From: Squalus acanthias
Taxonomy: Eukaryota
DNA: 64,000 bases
NCBI GenBank assembly: GCA_030390025.1
Contig: CM059427.1
Location: 187,116,001-187,180,000 of the forward strand
Direction of reading: 5' to 3'
Shown here: in pieces, positions 26,342 through 38,698 of the stretch
How positions within the stretch are numbered: the first letter of the stretch is position 1
How the letters are laid out: each line of letters opens with the position of its first letter
Program-made: the position numbers and the translations under genes
Notes under the pieces: generated by a model
Seen by the model: the letters and a program-made list of their open reading frames with translations, nothing else
Databases searched by the model: none
What the model was told of the DNA's origin: nothing

Positions 26342-28164
26342 TCATAAGTCTGTGTTGAGTGGGGCAGATGGGGTTAAAGCACCACTGGCGGTGGCTACCT
26401 TCCCTGGGCCATTTAGTAAAGCTCGGATCGCAGCTATGACTGAGTCTAATGTGGGGGAAGTGGTCGGTGTTTCGGTTCTTGGGGCAGGAGCTGGGAAGTT
26501 ATTTCCTATGTTATCCTTCCACGGATTCCTACAGTCCCTTCTCCAATGCCCATTCTTCCCGTACCCGAAGCAGTTACGCTTCATGTTGGAAGGGTTACCC
26601 CCTCCTGGTGCCACTCTTTCTTATTACTAGGTTTCATTTCATGTACTTTTCCTTTAGGTGGGTGCTCTTCTGTCCCTCTACTGCTCCGGTAAGCCAGGGT
26701 CAGTTGTCTGACCACTGTCTCCTCGGAGACCCGGGGGTCTTTCGGGTCAAACCACAGCTCAGCCTTGGCTCTGATCCGTGGCAAGCTGTTTGCCACCAGG
26801 CTTCAGAGCCAGTGGGTCAGCTCATCCTGATTCAGGTAAGCCCAGTCGAGAGCCCCATTACAGGCACTCTTGTACACAGGCCACAGTCGGTCTGCAAAAG
26901 CCTGTGGGGTCTCCCCTGCTAGCTGTGTTGTCCTCTCCACCCGGGAGAAGGGACTACCATCATTCATACCCATGGCCTCCAAAACTTCCTCCCGGATAGC
27001 AGCGTATCCACCCTGCCCCATTTTACTCTCCGCGGAGAGGGACTGGTAGAGTTGGCTATCTAGGGAGAAAAGGAGCATTTTTTGCCATCTTGGAGTCATC
27101 GCAGTCATTGATGCCCGCTGGCTGTTCCACTTCCATGAAGTGGACCGAGGGGTCCCCTTTTGGGTGAGCTTACTCAGGTGGCTTATCATAGCCCTCAGCT
27201 GTTGGGTGCCATGGGGAGCCACGAATTGGCTTTCAAGGGGTCCTTGACCCCCACCACCGCCGGGTGGGCCAAACTTTTGCTGCCGGACCGGGCACATCGG
27301 CCCCGGCTCTGACCTTTCCTGCATTGGTTCGCCCACCCCTCCCTGCTGCCAAACCGAGTTAAAACCCGGCGTCACAGGTGGTGGTGGTGTGCACTCCCTG
27401 CCGGCCTCACAAATCGTCCGTCCCCCCTGCTGTAAAACCGGGTCATTCCCCGGCGCCACAGGTGGTTTCCGAACAGTTTCCCCTTGCACTTCCAGGTCCA
27501 CCCGGGCCGCACCCGGGCTTAATAAGCATACCAAGCCTTTCGCCCTGGACAGAGCAAGGTTCAAACTCTCAATTTGTTTCTGGCAGGGGCCGTGATCTCC
27601 CGCCTCATACCCCCTAGTGCTTGCTATCTTGTAAGCTGCCTGGACGTCTCTCAACCTCAACTCCTGCTCTCTTACTTTCTTGGCAAGGCGGGCGTTCTCT
27701 TCCTGTAACACCAGTTCACTGGTTTTAGCTTCGGTGACCTGACACTGAAAATATTCCTGTCTGTTTCTATGTGTTTCCACTAGCTACGTTTTTTCCTGAT
27801 TTCGGATGGTTAGTTCTGCCAACAATGTTTCCCCTGCTAGAGCCCTTGCGTGAGACAGTTGAGCTGATTCCCGCAGCTCTGCTTTAAGTGCCTCAACACG
27901 TTTGTCTAAAAGCTGGATCTGTCGCTGGGAGCATACCAACCAGATGGCTTTCTCCACAGATTTCTTGTGGTCCTTGCTCTCAGTCCACTTGGCTGCAGCG
28001 TCTATTGGACGCTCAGCGCACAACAGACTGAGCACCCATTTCTTTGTTATATTTACTTTCTTGAACACATAAGAGGAAATCCTCTCTTCCATCTTAGTTC
28101 TTTCTTCAAAAACAGTATCCACTGCATCACATCCCTTTTGCCAAGCTTGTGCCGCGGTCACCAT
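26342..28164 (-). pseudogene. Gag-like polyprotein, disrupted
   Basis: Consecutive minus-strand ORFs with coiled-coil and Pro-rich regions and a degenerate zinc knuckle CFGYGKNGHWRRDC (CX2CX4HX4C with the second C changed to Y). Stops and frameshifts separate the pieces. Confidence 0.8.
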
Positions 28165-28166
28165 TA

Positions 28167-29647
28167 TGTAGGGGGTGATGGGTGTGTGTCAGCTTCACCT
28201 CTGACTTCTGAGCGGTTCAAATCGCTCCCACTCCCTTGGTTCTAGACCTTGGACTTATTTGGGGGTTGTGACAAAAGTGCAGTAGACAACTGGTTTGGTG
28301 CAAGAACTTTTGATCTTTATTCAAGAGAGTAAATATAACACAATAATCTTAACACTCTAATAAAATGGGGAACACTTCAGTACATACGAGGGAAATCACA
28401 TTAGAAGAACACCTCACCCCTCCCAATCCCACTTTACTAGCTAAGTAGGACTCTAGAGGACCAGGGATGATACTCACCAAACAAAATCCTTGACAGTTGG
28501 GCTGGTTCGCGGTTTTGGGGTTAGCTCTGTATGTTGGTTGGTGTCTGCCATACCCCGTACGTGGTAGAGGACTTCAACTGCGTAGCTGGTCAGTCTTCGC
28601 GAGTCCGCTGATGCGGTAGGGTGCGTATTGGATCTATCAGGTGAGTACCCACTTTTCTTTGGTTAGAGATAGGGTTTAGAGTCTTTTGAGTAAAATCTTA
28701 CCCAGGGGTAAGTCAGGAATAGATTGTGGAGTGGAAACTTTGCGGATCTTCGGTTTTTCTCCGAGTTGGTTTTCTTTGGTCGCGGTGGCCCAATATTGGT
28801 GGTAATGTTCGGTTGGTTGTTTCGTGAGGCCCTTGTTGCTGCAAAGTGTCCAATGGTCACTGAGGCAGTTGCTCTGGTTTCTTCCACGTGTGTCGGCCTA
28901 CTTCTGGAGCTGTTGGCCTCCTTTGTTGAACGGTCTGGTTTTGAGCTGTCGACCTCCTGGTTGGACACGTATCGTTGAACGGTTGTGTGGAGAGCTGTGT
29001 TGTGGTGAATGCGTCCGTGAATGTTTGTTTCGGTTGAGAACGGGCCTTCAATTATACTAATTGAAGCTTCCTTATCTGCGCGCCAAATCAACTCCGGGTC
29101 ATTGTTAGATTTTGGCGGGCTCGTAAATAGTAACCTGTTTGTAAATGTGTGAAGTGGTTTCGGGATGGCTCCATCCTGTCGATCTGCTTGCTTGATTGTA
29201 GCTGAGTGTTCTCAGGTTGTGAGTTTCTTGACTGGGCCTGGGATTTCTATAGAGTGGGTCAAAGTGATCTGTTTTGTGCATGTTTTGATGGGTCCTGTAG
29301 TTTTGGTGGAGACTGCTCTTCCTCGGGTTTATTGTTAGGATGTTAATGTCTGCTAAGGGCCGATTAACTCCAAGCGAGGTCATGCGGTTCCCCAGACAGT
29401 TTACATTAACTCCAATATCCAAACTGTCTTCACAGAGGTTGACCCCACCTTCCTTTACAGCCTTTTCTGGCTTACAAGTCCAGACATGTCTTTTAAAATA
29501 CCAAATCTTGGTTTTTGCTCTAAAATGTCCTTCGGTTAAGCCCAATGCATTTCACCACCCTGAAATAGTTAGAAAAGAGTCCAACATCTTTTTCCTTAGG
29601 GTTTGTCTTCGAGTTTTGGGGGATCTGTGAATTTTGAGAATCTTACA
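28167..29647 (-). repeat. 5' LTR (1481 bp)
   Basis: tgtagggggtg...gagaatcttaca on the + strand. Minus-strand AATAAA at ~28317-28322. Followed on the minus strand by PBS-like TGGTGACCGCGGC. Confidence 0.88.
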
Positions 29648-29774
29648 TATGGTGGTTAATAATGGAAAATGTGACTCATGATATCACTCTGTTCCAACCA
29701 CTCATTTGAATATGACCAATAATTGACCAATGGCACTTCTGGATTGAAATCCTGGAAATGGTTGTGATTACCCA

Positions 29775-29926
29775 GGGATTGATTGGTCGGGGAATGATTG
29801 GATGATTGGCAGGCAAATGATTGGCTGGGGAATGATGGGATGGTGAATGATTGGCCAGGGAATTATTGGGCGGGGAATGATTGGCCGGGGAAAGATTGGT
29901 CCAGGAATGATTGGCCGGGGAATGAT
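29775..29926. repeat. Degenerate 15-bp minisatellite (GGGGAATGATTGGCC), ~10 units
   Basis: ATTGG recurs at 15-bp spacing (29850, 29865, 29880, 29895, 29910), 9 occurrences in total. Confidence 0.85.
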
Positions 29927-30324
29927 AGAAAAGGCTGTCTAGTCGACTCAAGATCAGATTAAGAAGGGAGCAGAAATAACTTGCTCGTTATTCACTCTGA
30001 TAATTTTAACTTTATTGCTCTGGAAGCTACTGCTCCAGGTTTCTTGTTTTGGAGTAAATTTGCCTCTGAATTGCACCCAGCAATAGACTGGGGGATCTGA
30101 GTGCACAGGACTCTGACACTCAGTTGCATCAATTTATATTGGGCAACTAACTTCAGGGCCAACTATCAGAAAACCCATGCAGGAAATTCAGACGCTGTGC
30201 TATTCAGGTGTAAAACAATAGCGCAGGATTTGCATCCATTGTTCCTGTGCACAGGGCCCAATTTTCAGGTGCTATTTTCGTGCTAAAACCAGGAAAATCA
30301 CCCCTTAAATATTTGGGATAGATT

Positions 30325-31993
30325 TGTAAGGGTTTTCTCTCTGAACCTGTGAGATTCGTGTGGCTCTGTGCAGCCTGGATGCTAGTGCGGGTTTAGGCCT
30401 TGTTGCCTGTTCTGGTCTCCAGCCAGTCTGGGAGCACTAGACACCTGTGAGTGGTTCGACCCACTCGCCCTTACGGTTCTGACACTGGACTTAGATGCGA
30501 GAGCAGTAATGGAGATAAAACTCAGGTAGACCCGGTTGAAAGGTACGAAATGGAAAATCTTTATTGCATATTATTTAAGATTATGAAATACATGTCATAA
30601 GCACAGATTAATGACAGTACAATCTTACACGCAGTTATGTAACTAATTTCAGGGAAACGAGGAACGAACGACACATCGTAAATGGGGGCACACATTACAA
30701 TTATCCTTAAAACTTAAACCCTCCCCTATCAATATCTGCCCTAAGCTAGATTTGTAGGATCGAGACTCATGCTCACCACTCGTGATAACTCAGAGAATTC
30801 CGAAAACTCTGATCGGATGTTTTCCACCGCAGCACCTGATCACCCACGTGTCAATCAGGGGTCTCTGTACCCCACTTGTTTACTCGTTTCTGCTCCGGCT
30901 AGCAGGCTGGAACGTCTGCTGTCATGAAGATCTGTGTTGTCCTCGGAGTTCCGACTCTACTCAAAAAAGAGTCTTCCTGTGCCCTCGCACTGATGCGATA
31001 AAATTCGAAGAATAGTCTTCCTGGCTGTTCTGTAAAACTCGAAGAAGTCTTCCTGGCAAGGAAAGTGTCTATTCGACCTACAGGCGCGGTCGGAGCTTAC
31101 TGACCGTGGCGATACGTATGGTCTTCTTCTCTTCTCATCTCATCTCATCTCATCTCATCTCATCTCGGGCCTTCGGTTCCAACACCGTTTACCGACTTCT
31201 CGGGATGGTGCGCCCGCTTGAAGGCTTCACAGCCCAGTTCCACACAGATCTTCGCGGCACGCCACGAGGTAGATCCGAGCGGATCGTAAACTTCAACAGT
31301 CTTTAAAAGCTGCAAGAGGCAGAGACACGAGGCAGGCGGCAAGGAGTCAAAAGGATAAGAGCGAGATGGACGGTTGGAGCTTGCAGTTATAGTGCAAAAT
31401 CTTCCTTTTCCCGCCCAACCTTAATGTCTTTTCTTTTGTTAGGGTTTGGCGCTCAAATTTCTTGTATAGGGTGATCTCCGTTTTAATGGGTTTCGGGGAT
31501 ACTCGTAATTGTCTGAGTACCTGTTAATATTTCTCCCATTGTTTAATCGGTCGGTGTTCTCCCTGGAGGGGTTTTGGGGCTTCCAAATGTTTTCTGTAAC
31601 TACCCGCTAACGGCTCTCTCATCGTAGAGTCGTTGGGATTTTGCATATTAATGTCTTTGGATGGGTTCTTGATTACTTGGTACAATAGCCCTTATTCGCA
31701 CCTGGGAGACCGATTTCAGTATTTATGTGTATACTGCAAACCCATGATGTCTCGTGTATTATCTTAAATGTGCTGAGTCTTGATCGATCTTGCACAAATG
31801 TTTATTGGAACGCCATCTTGTCTGCCTGTCGAAAAGTCTAGAATGTTCTGCCACGAGGCGTGGCGGCCATTTTACAAGCTGCTTGTGTCCACTTTGAAAA
31901 CTTGATAGCATTCTGCTGAAATAAAAGCTGTTTGAACGAAACTATGTGTTTTCCTCCTTATTTATAAAATCGCGATATATTGCGAATTCTACA
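30325..31993 (-). mobile_element. Solo LTR (1669 bp)
   Basis: TGTA...TACA ends and 4-bp TSD GATT (30321-24, 31994-97). Minus-strand AATAAA at ~30560. Internal (TCTCA)n at ~31133-31165. Confidence 0.82.
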
Positions 31994-34961
31994 GATTCCA
32001 TGATAAAGTAAATGGATGATGATGTCTGGTAGAAGTGAGCTTCTTGAGTTAACTGGCCTTATTGTCATAGAATAATACAGAACAGAAGGAGACCATTTGG
32101 CTTATCGTTATTGTGCTGGGATCATATTTGTATCATATTTCCTTATATTTGGCTTGTGGCACATCATGGTCACAATCTCATTCCATGGTAATGTCTTGCT
32201 GCTCCAATATGCATTGTGGTGCCATTCCTGAGGAAGCATTGTCATGGATTAATTCTTGCTCAATATTATGGCCAGGAAGATACTGTACACATTTTCTGTC
32301 CTAATTCTCTACCAATTTTCTCCTCTTTTCTCTTCTCCTCACATTTTGGGGTAGAACATAAGAACATAAGCAATAGGAGCAGGAGTAGGTCCCTCGAGCC
32401 TGCTCCGCCATTCAGTAAGATCATGGCTGATCATTGACCTCAACTCCACTTTCCTGCCTGATCTCCAGATCCCTTGATTCCCCTAGAGTCCAAAAATCTA
32501 TCTGTCTCAGCCTTGAATACACTCAAAGACTCAGCATTCACAGCGTTCTGGGGCAGAGAATTCCAAAGATTCACAACCCTCTGAGTGAAGAAATTCTTCC
32601 TCATCTCAGTCTTAAATGGCCTACCCCTTATCCTGAGACTATGCCCCCTAGTTCTAGACACTCCAACCAGGGGAGCATCTGCCCTGTCAATAATCTTCAG
32701 AATCTTGTATGTTTCAATGAGATCACCTCTCATTCTTCTCCGGAGTATAGGCCCATTCTACTCCTCTCTTCTCGTAGGACAACCCTCTCATCCCAGGAAT
32801 CAGTCCAGTGAACATTTGTTGCACCACCTCCAAGGCACGTATATCCTTCCTTAGATAAGGAGACCAAAACTGTGCACAGTACTCCAGGTGTGGTCTCACC
32901 AAGGCCCTGTACAATTGTAGCAAGACTTCCTTGCTCTTATACTCCAACCCCCTTGCAATAAAGGCCAACATGCCATTTGCCTTCCTTATTGCTTGCTTTA
33001 CCTGCATGCTAGCTTTCTGTGTTTCTTGCACGAGGACACCCAAATCTCTCTGAACACCAACATTTAAAAGTTTCTCACCATTTAAAAAATATTCTGTTTT
33101 TCTATTCTTCCTACCAAAGTGAATAACCTCATATATCCCTACATTATACTCCATCTGCCACTTTAACACCCACTCACTTAGTCTATCTATATCCCTTTGC
33201 AGACTCTTTGTGTTCTCCTCACAGCTTGCTGTCCCATCTAGCTTGATATCGTCAGCAAACTTGGATACATTACACTTCATCTCAGTCATTAATATAGATT
33301 GTAAATAACTGAGGCCCCAGAACTGATTCTTGTGGCACCCCACTAGTTACAACCTGCCAACCTGAAAAAGACCCGTTTATCCCTACTCTCTGTTTTCTGT
33401 CCGTTAACCAATCCTCTATCCATGCTACTATATATCCTCCAACCCCATGAACCCTAATCTTATGTAATAACCTTTTATGTGGCACCTTATCGAATGCCTT
33501 TTGGAAATCCAAATATACTAGATCCACTGGTTCCCCTTTAACTTCCCATGCTCGTTACATCCTCAAAAAACTCTAATAAATTTGTCAAACAAGATTTCCC
33601 TTTCATAAAACCATGTTGACTCTGCCTAATCATGTTATGATTTTCTAAGTGCCCTGATACCACTTCCTTAACAATGGATTCCAGCATTTTCCTGATGACT
33701 AATGTCAGGCTAACTGGCCTGTAATTCCCTGTTTTGTCTCTCCCTCCTTTCTTGAATAGCTGTGTTACATTTGCTACCTTCCAATCCACTAGGGAATTTT
33801 GGAAGATCAAAACCAATGCATCCACTATCTCAGCAGCCACCTCTTTTAGAACCCTAGGATGCAGGCCATCAGCTCCAGGGGATTTGTCATTTTTTAATCC
33901 CATTATTTTCTCTAGTACTTTTCCTCTACTTATATTAATTACGTTAAGCTCCTCATCCTCATTAGACCATTGATTCCCCATTATTTTTGGTATGCTTTTC
34001 GTGTCTTCTAATATGAAGACAGATACAAAATATTTGTTTAACATTTCTGCCATTTCCTTATTCCCCATAATAATTTCTCCTGTCTCAGTCTCTAAAGAAC
34101 CAACATTTACTTTTGCTACTCTCTTCCTTTTTGTATACTTGTAGAAGCTCTTACAATCTGTTTTTATATTTCTTGCTAGTTTTCTCTCATATTCTATTGT
34201 TTCCCTTTTTATCAGTTTTTTGGTCATCCTTTGCTGGTTTCTGAATCTGTCCCAATCCTTAGGCTTATTACAATTCTTCGCAACATTATAAGCTTCTTCT
34301 TTTAATCTAATGCTATTCTTAACTTCTTTAGTTAGCCATGGATGGACCACTTTTCCTGTGGAGTTTTTGTTTCTCAATGGAATGTATTTTTGTTGAGAAT
34401 TATGAAATATTTCTTTAAATGCTAGCCACTGCTTATCTACCGCCATACCTTTTAATCAATTTTTCCAGTCTACCTTAGCCAACTTGCCCCTCATATCTAT
34501 GTAATTGGCTTCATTTAAGTTTAAGACTCTAGTTTCGGACTTAGGCAAGTCACTCTCAAACTTAATGTGAAATTCTATCATATTATGATCACTCTGACCC
34601 AGAGGATCCTTTACTATGAGATTGCTAATTAACCTAGCCTCATTACACAATACAAGATCTAAAAGAGCTTGTTCCCTGGTTGGTTTCAAAATGTATTGTT
34701 CTAGGAAAATGTCCTGAATGCATTCCAGGAACTCGTTCTCCAGACTACCTTTGCCAATTTGATTTGTCCAGTATTTATGTAGATTAAAGTCCCCCACGAA
34801 AATTGCATTACCTTTGTTACAAGCTCCTACATTTCTTGATTAATATTCTGTCCAACGGTATAGCTACTGTTAGGGGGCCTATATACTACGCCCACCCTTG
34901 TTTCCTGCCTCTTGTTATTCCTTATCTCCACCCATATTGATTCTACTTCCTGATCTTCCGA

Positions 34962-35680
34962 ACCTGGGTGTCCTTGTGCACCAGTCGCTGAAGATAAGCA
35001 TGCAGGTGCAGCAGGCGGTTAAGAAGCCAAATGGTATGTTGGCCTTCGTAGCGAAAGGGTTCGAGTACAGGAACAAGGATGTCTTGCTGCAGTTGTACAG
35101 GGCTTTGGTGAGACCACATCTTGAGTATTGTGTGCAGTTTTGGTCGCCTTATCTGAGGAAGGATGTTCGTGCCATGGAGGGAGTGCAGCGAAGATTCACC
35201 AGGCTGATACCTGGGATGGCAGGAATGACGTATGAGGAGAGATTGGGTCGATTGGGCTTATACTTGCTGGAGTTTAGAAGAATGAGAGGGGATCTCATTG
35301 AAACTTATAAAATTCTAACAGGACTAGACAGACTAGATGCAGAAAGGATGTTCCCGATGGCTGGGGAGTCCAGAACCAGGGGTCACAGTCTAAGGATAAG
35401 GGGTAAGCCATTTAGGACTGAGATGAGGAGGAATTTCTTCACCCAGAGAGTGGTGAACCTGTGGAATTCTCCACCACAGAAGGCAGTAGAGGCCAATTCA
35501 TTAAATATATTCAAGAAGGAGTTAGATATATTTCTTAAAGCTAAAGGGATCAAGGGATATGGAGAGAAGGCAGGGACAGGGTACTGAATTTGGATGATCA
35601 GCCATGATCTCATTGAATGGCAGAGCAGGCTCGAGGGGCTGAATGGCCTACTCCTGCTCCTATCTTCTCTGTTTCTATGT
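34962..35680 (+). mobile_element. CR1 3' fragment, nested
   Basis: RT C-terminus and tail. Same subfamily as 795-4194 and 54711-57028 (near-identical 3' ends). Confidence 0.92.
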
Positions 35681-37333
35681 AAGATGCTTTCTTTCTACTG
35701 TCCTTATGTCATCCTTTATTATCTGGACTACCCACCCCCTTTTCCATTCTGCCTGCCTTTTCAAAACTTCAAGTACCCTGGAACATTTAGTTCCCAACCT
35801 TGGTCACCTTGCAAACATGTCTCTGTAATGGCCATTAGATCAAACCCATTTATCTCTATTTGTGCCACTAGTTTGTCTATCTTGTTACGAATGCTTCGTG
35901 CATTCAGACAAAGAGCCTAAATTTAAATGTTTTACCATTTTTCCCTGCTTTGACCTTATTCTCTGCTGCACTGCTACCGTTAAACTTTCTGTCCCTTCCT
36001 GTCATGCTCTGCTTATTTTTACCCAAATCGCTACACTGCTCTATTGCCTTGACCTTTTTACTTTAGATTTCTAAATTTCCCCTCACCTGACCCCTCCGCA
36101 CCTTTTTTTAGTTTAAAGCCCTATCTACAGCCCTGGTTACTCGATTTGCCAGGACGCTGGTCCCAGCCCGGTTTAAGTGGAGCCAGTCCCGACAGAACAG
36201 CTCCCTCTTTCCCCAGTATTGGTGCCAGTGCCCCATGAAATGAAACCCCTTCTTCCCACACCACTCTTTGAGCCACGCATTTAACTTTCTGATCTGCTTG
36301 ACCCTATGCCAATTTGTGCGTGGCTCAGATAGTAATCCAGAGATTATTGCCCTTGAGGTTCTGCTTTTTAATTTAGACCCTAGCTCCTCAAACTCTCTCA
36401 GCAGAACCTCATTCTTAGTTCTACCTATGTCGTTGGTGCCTGCATGGACCACGACAACTGGATCCTGCCCCTCCCACTCCAAGTTCTTCTCCAGCCGCAA
36501 GGAGATATCCTTAACCCTGGTACTGGGCAGGCAACACAGCCTTTGGGACTCTCTTTTACGAGAACAGTAGCTATCCCCCTGACTATACTGTCCCCTACCA
36601 CTACCACATTCCTTCCTTCGCCCCCCCACTTGGATGGCCCCCTGTACCACGGTGCTGTGGTTAGTTTGCCCCACCTCCCTGCAGTCCTTTTCCTCATCCA
36701 TACAGGTAGCAAGTACCTCATACCTGTTGGACAAGGTCCTGGGCTGAGGCTCCTCCATCACTACATCCTGCATCCTGGGTCCCCATACCTCCCTGACGTG
36801 CAGCCACACCCTCCTGTCCCTGACCACTGACGAACTCTAAAGTACTACTTAACCTAAAGGGTGTGACTGCCTCCTGGAACAAAGTGTCCAGGTAACTCTC
36901 CCTCTCCCTGATGCATCGCAATGTCTGCAGCTCGGACTCCAGCTCAACAACTCTGAGCCAAAGTTCCTCGAGTTGCGGATACTTACTGCAGATGTGGTTT
37001 CTCGGGATTGCGATGCTCTCCACGAACTCCCACATGCTGCAGTTACGACACACCACCTGCCCTGCCATCTCTAACCTTGTTTTATTTATTAATTAATTAG
37101 TTAAAGCTTTTATTCAATTGATATTTTAGTTTTATTGTTTGATTATTTTATGTCGTTTAAGTTATTAATTTAATAAGTACTGGCAAGTTACAGTTTCTCA
37201 GCTGTTATTTTAACCCCTGTCCCTAACTTTGAGAGCAAAATAAAGCTGTAATGCTCACCAACCAATCACTTGTCTGCTCTCCTGCGACATCATTCTTTGA
37301 TATTTTTTTGTTGTTTTTGAATCGGAGCCTCGT

Positions 37334-37978
37334 CTTTAATTCAGGTCCGCTCTCGGGCCGCTCTTTATCCTCTCGCCGCTGCCACTGCTTTAATTCAGAG
37401 CCGCTCTCGGGCCGCTCTTTATCCTCTCGCCGCTGCTTTAATTCAGGTCCGCTCTCGGGCCGCTCTTTATCCTCTCGCCGCTGCCACTGCTTTAATTCAG
37501 GTCCACTCTCGGGCCGCTCTTTATCCTCTCGCCGCTGCCACTGCTTTAATTCAGGTCCACTCTCGGGCCGCTCTTTATCCTCTCATCGCTGCCACTGCTT
37601 TAATTCAGGTCCGCTCTCGGGCCGCTCTTTATCCTCTCGCCGCTGCCGTTGCTTTAATTCAGGTCCGCTCTCGGGCCGCTCTTTATCCTCTCGCCGCTGC
37701 CACTGCTTTAATTCAGGTCCGCTCTCGGGCCGCTCTTTATCCTCTCGCCGCTGCCGCTGCTTTAATTCAGGTCCGCTCTCGGGCCGCTCTTTATCCTCTC
37801 GCCGCTGCCGTTGCTTTAATTCAGGTCCGTTCTCGGGCCGCTCTTTATCCTCTCGCCGCTGCCGCTGTTTTAGTTCAGGTCCGTTCTCGGGCCGCTCTTT
37901 ATCCTCACGCCGCTGCCGCTGCTTTAATTCAGGTCCACTCTCGGGCCGCTCTTTATCCTCTTGTCGCTGCCGCTGCTT
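37334..37978. repeat. 54-bp tandem repeat x12 at a CR1 5' end
   Basis: Unit TTTAATTCAGGTCCGCTCTCGGGCCGCTCTTTATCCTCTCGCCGCTGCCACTGC, with one 48-bp variant. No spacers. Confidence 0.97.
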
Positions 37979-38494
37979 TGTGTGATGGTTTAAAACGAGT
38001 GATCGCGAGTCGGCAGCACGTTTTACATCTCTCCCCATTTTAATTTACACTATTGCACAAAGTTAAAATCTACCCCGTTGAGTGCAGTTCTCATTCAAAT
38101 AGCCATTATTCAAGTATAAACCGAGACAATGAGTATCTTTCGCCTATTGTACAGCGGGAAGCATCACAGCTGAATCGGATCCATTACTTTCCAGTCACCT
38201 GCACACATCTCCTCTCCAGAAGGAATCACCGGATTGGAATCAGGAACTAGAACCCTGTGTGATTTTTTTCCCTGTCCCGAACTGAAGGGTACTGAGGACA
38301 GTTGTAACACTCCAATGTTCCTGAGTGAGGTCAGTGAACTTGGATCAGGAATTAAATGGAGGACCTTCTGGCCTGTACGGCTTAATGGTAAATCAGGCAG
38401 TAGGGTTATCTACTGGGTTATTAAGGAAGCTTAATTTTTTTTTTAAAGTTAATCTATAAACTAAATGTGAAATCTATGCTTATTCTTCTGACAG

Positions 38495-38602
38495 ATGTTT
38501 ACACTTTTAAACATACCAATATTGTAATTTTCGGGAGTCTGGCTCTTCTCCTCATCATTATCCTGGCAGTGGTGCTGTGTCTAGGAAAGTGCACGGTTGC
38601 AG
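38495..38602 (+). CDS. IgSF receptor exon D: transmembrane segment
   Basis: Acceptor tattcttctgacAG, donor GTAAGA, 108 nt, phase 1-1. NVYTFKHTN-IVIFGSLALLLIIILAVVLCL-GKCTVA: about 21 hydrophobic residues with no charged residue, plus juxtamembrane cysteines. Confidence 0.88.
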
Positions 38603-38698
38603 GTAAGATATGTTTATTGCTGCAACCAATTTCAGGTTTCACACATGTAATATAATGTGAATGTGCCACTTGATTCCAAAAATTAGGAATGACAATAT

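Larger units (their letters stand above)
23658..29647 (-). mobile_element. Gypsy-like LTR retroelement, internally deleted
   Basis: TG...CA ends and 4-bp TSD TATG (23654-57, 29648-51). Two related LTRs, gag fragments and an RNase H C-terminal remnant. No RT motif visible. Confidence 0.9.
32353..37980 (-). mobile_element. Full-length CR1 LINE, interrupted at 34962-35680
   Basis: Tail at 32353, RT/APE fragments, esterase ORF1 (36108-37068) and a 5' tandem array. The host rejoins as tcttccga|aagatgc. Confidence 0.92.

Noticed and set aside
28663-29545. ORFs inside the 5' LTR as accessory genes
   Set aside because: They have no recognisable motifs and the frames are not preserved in the other LTR.
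37251-38038. Repetitive ORFs on both strands / CRISPR-like array
   Set aside because: The units are contiguous with no unique spacers and there are no cas genes. The ORFs are a by-product of a 54-bp (3n) repeat at a CR1 5' end.
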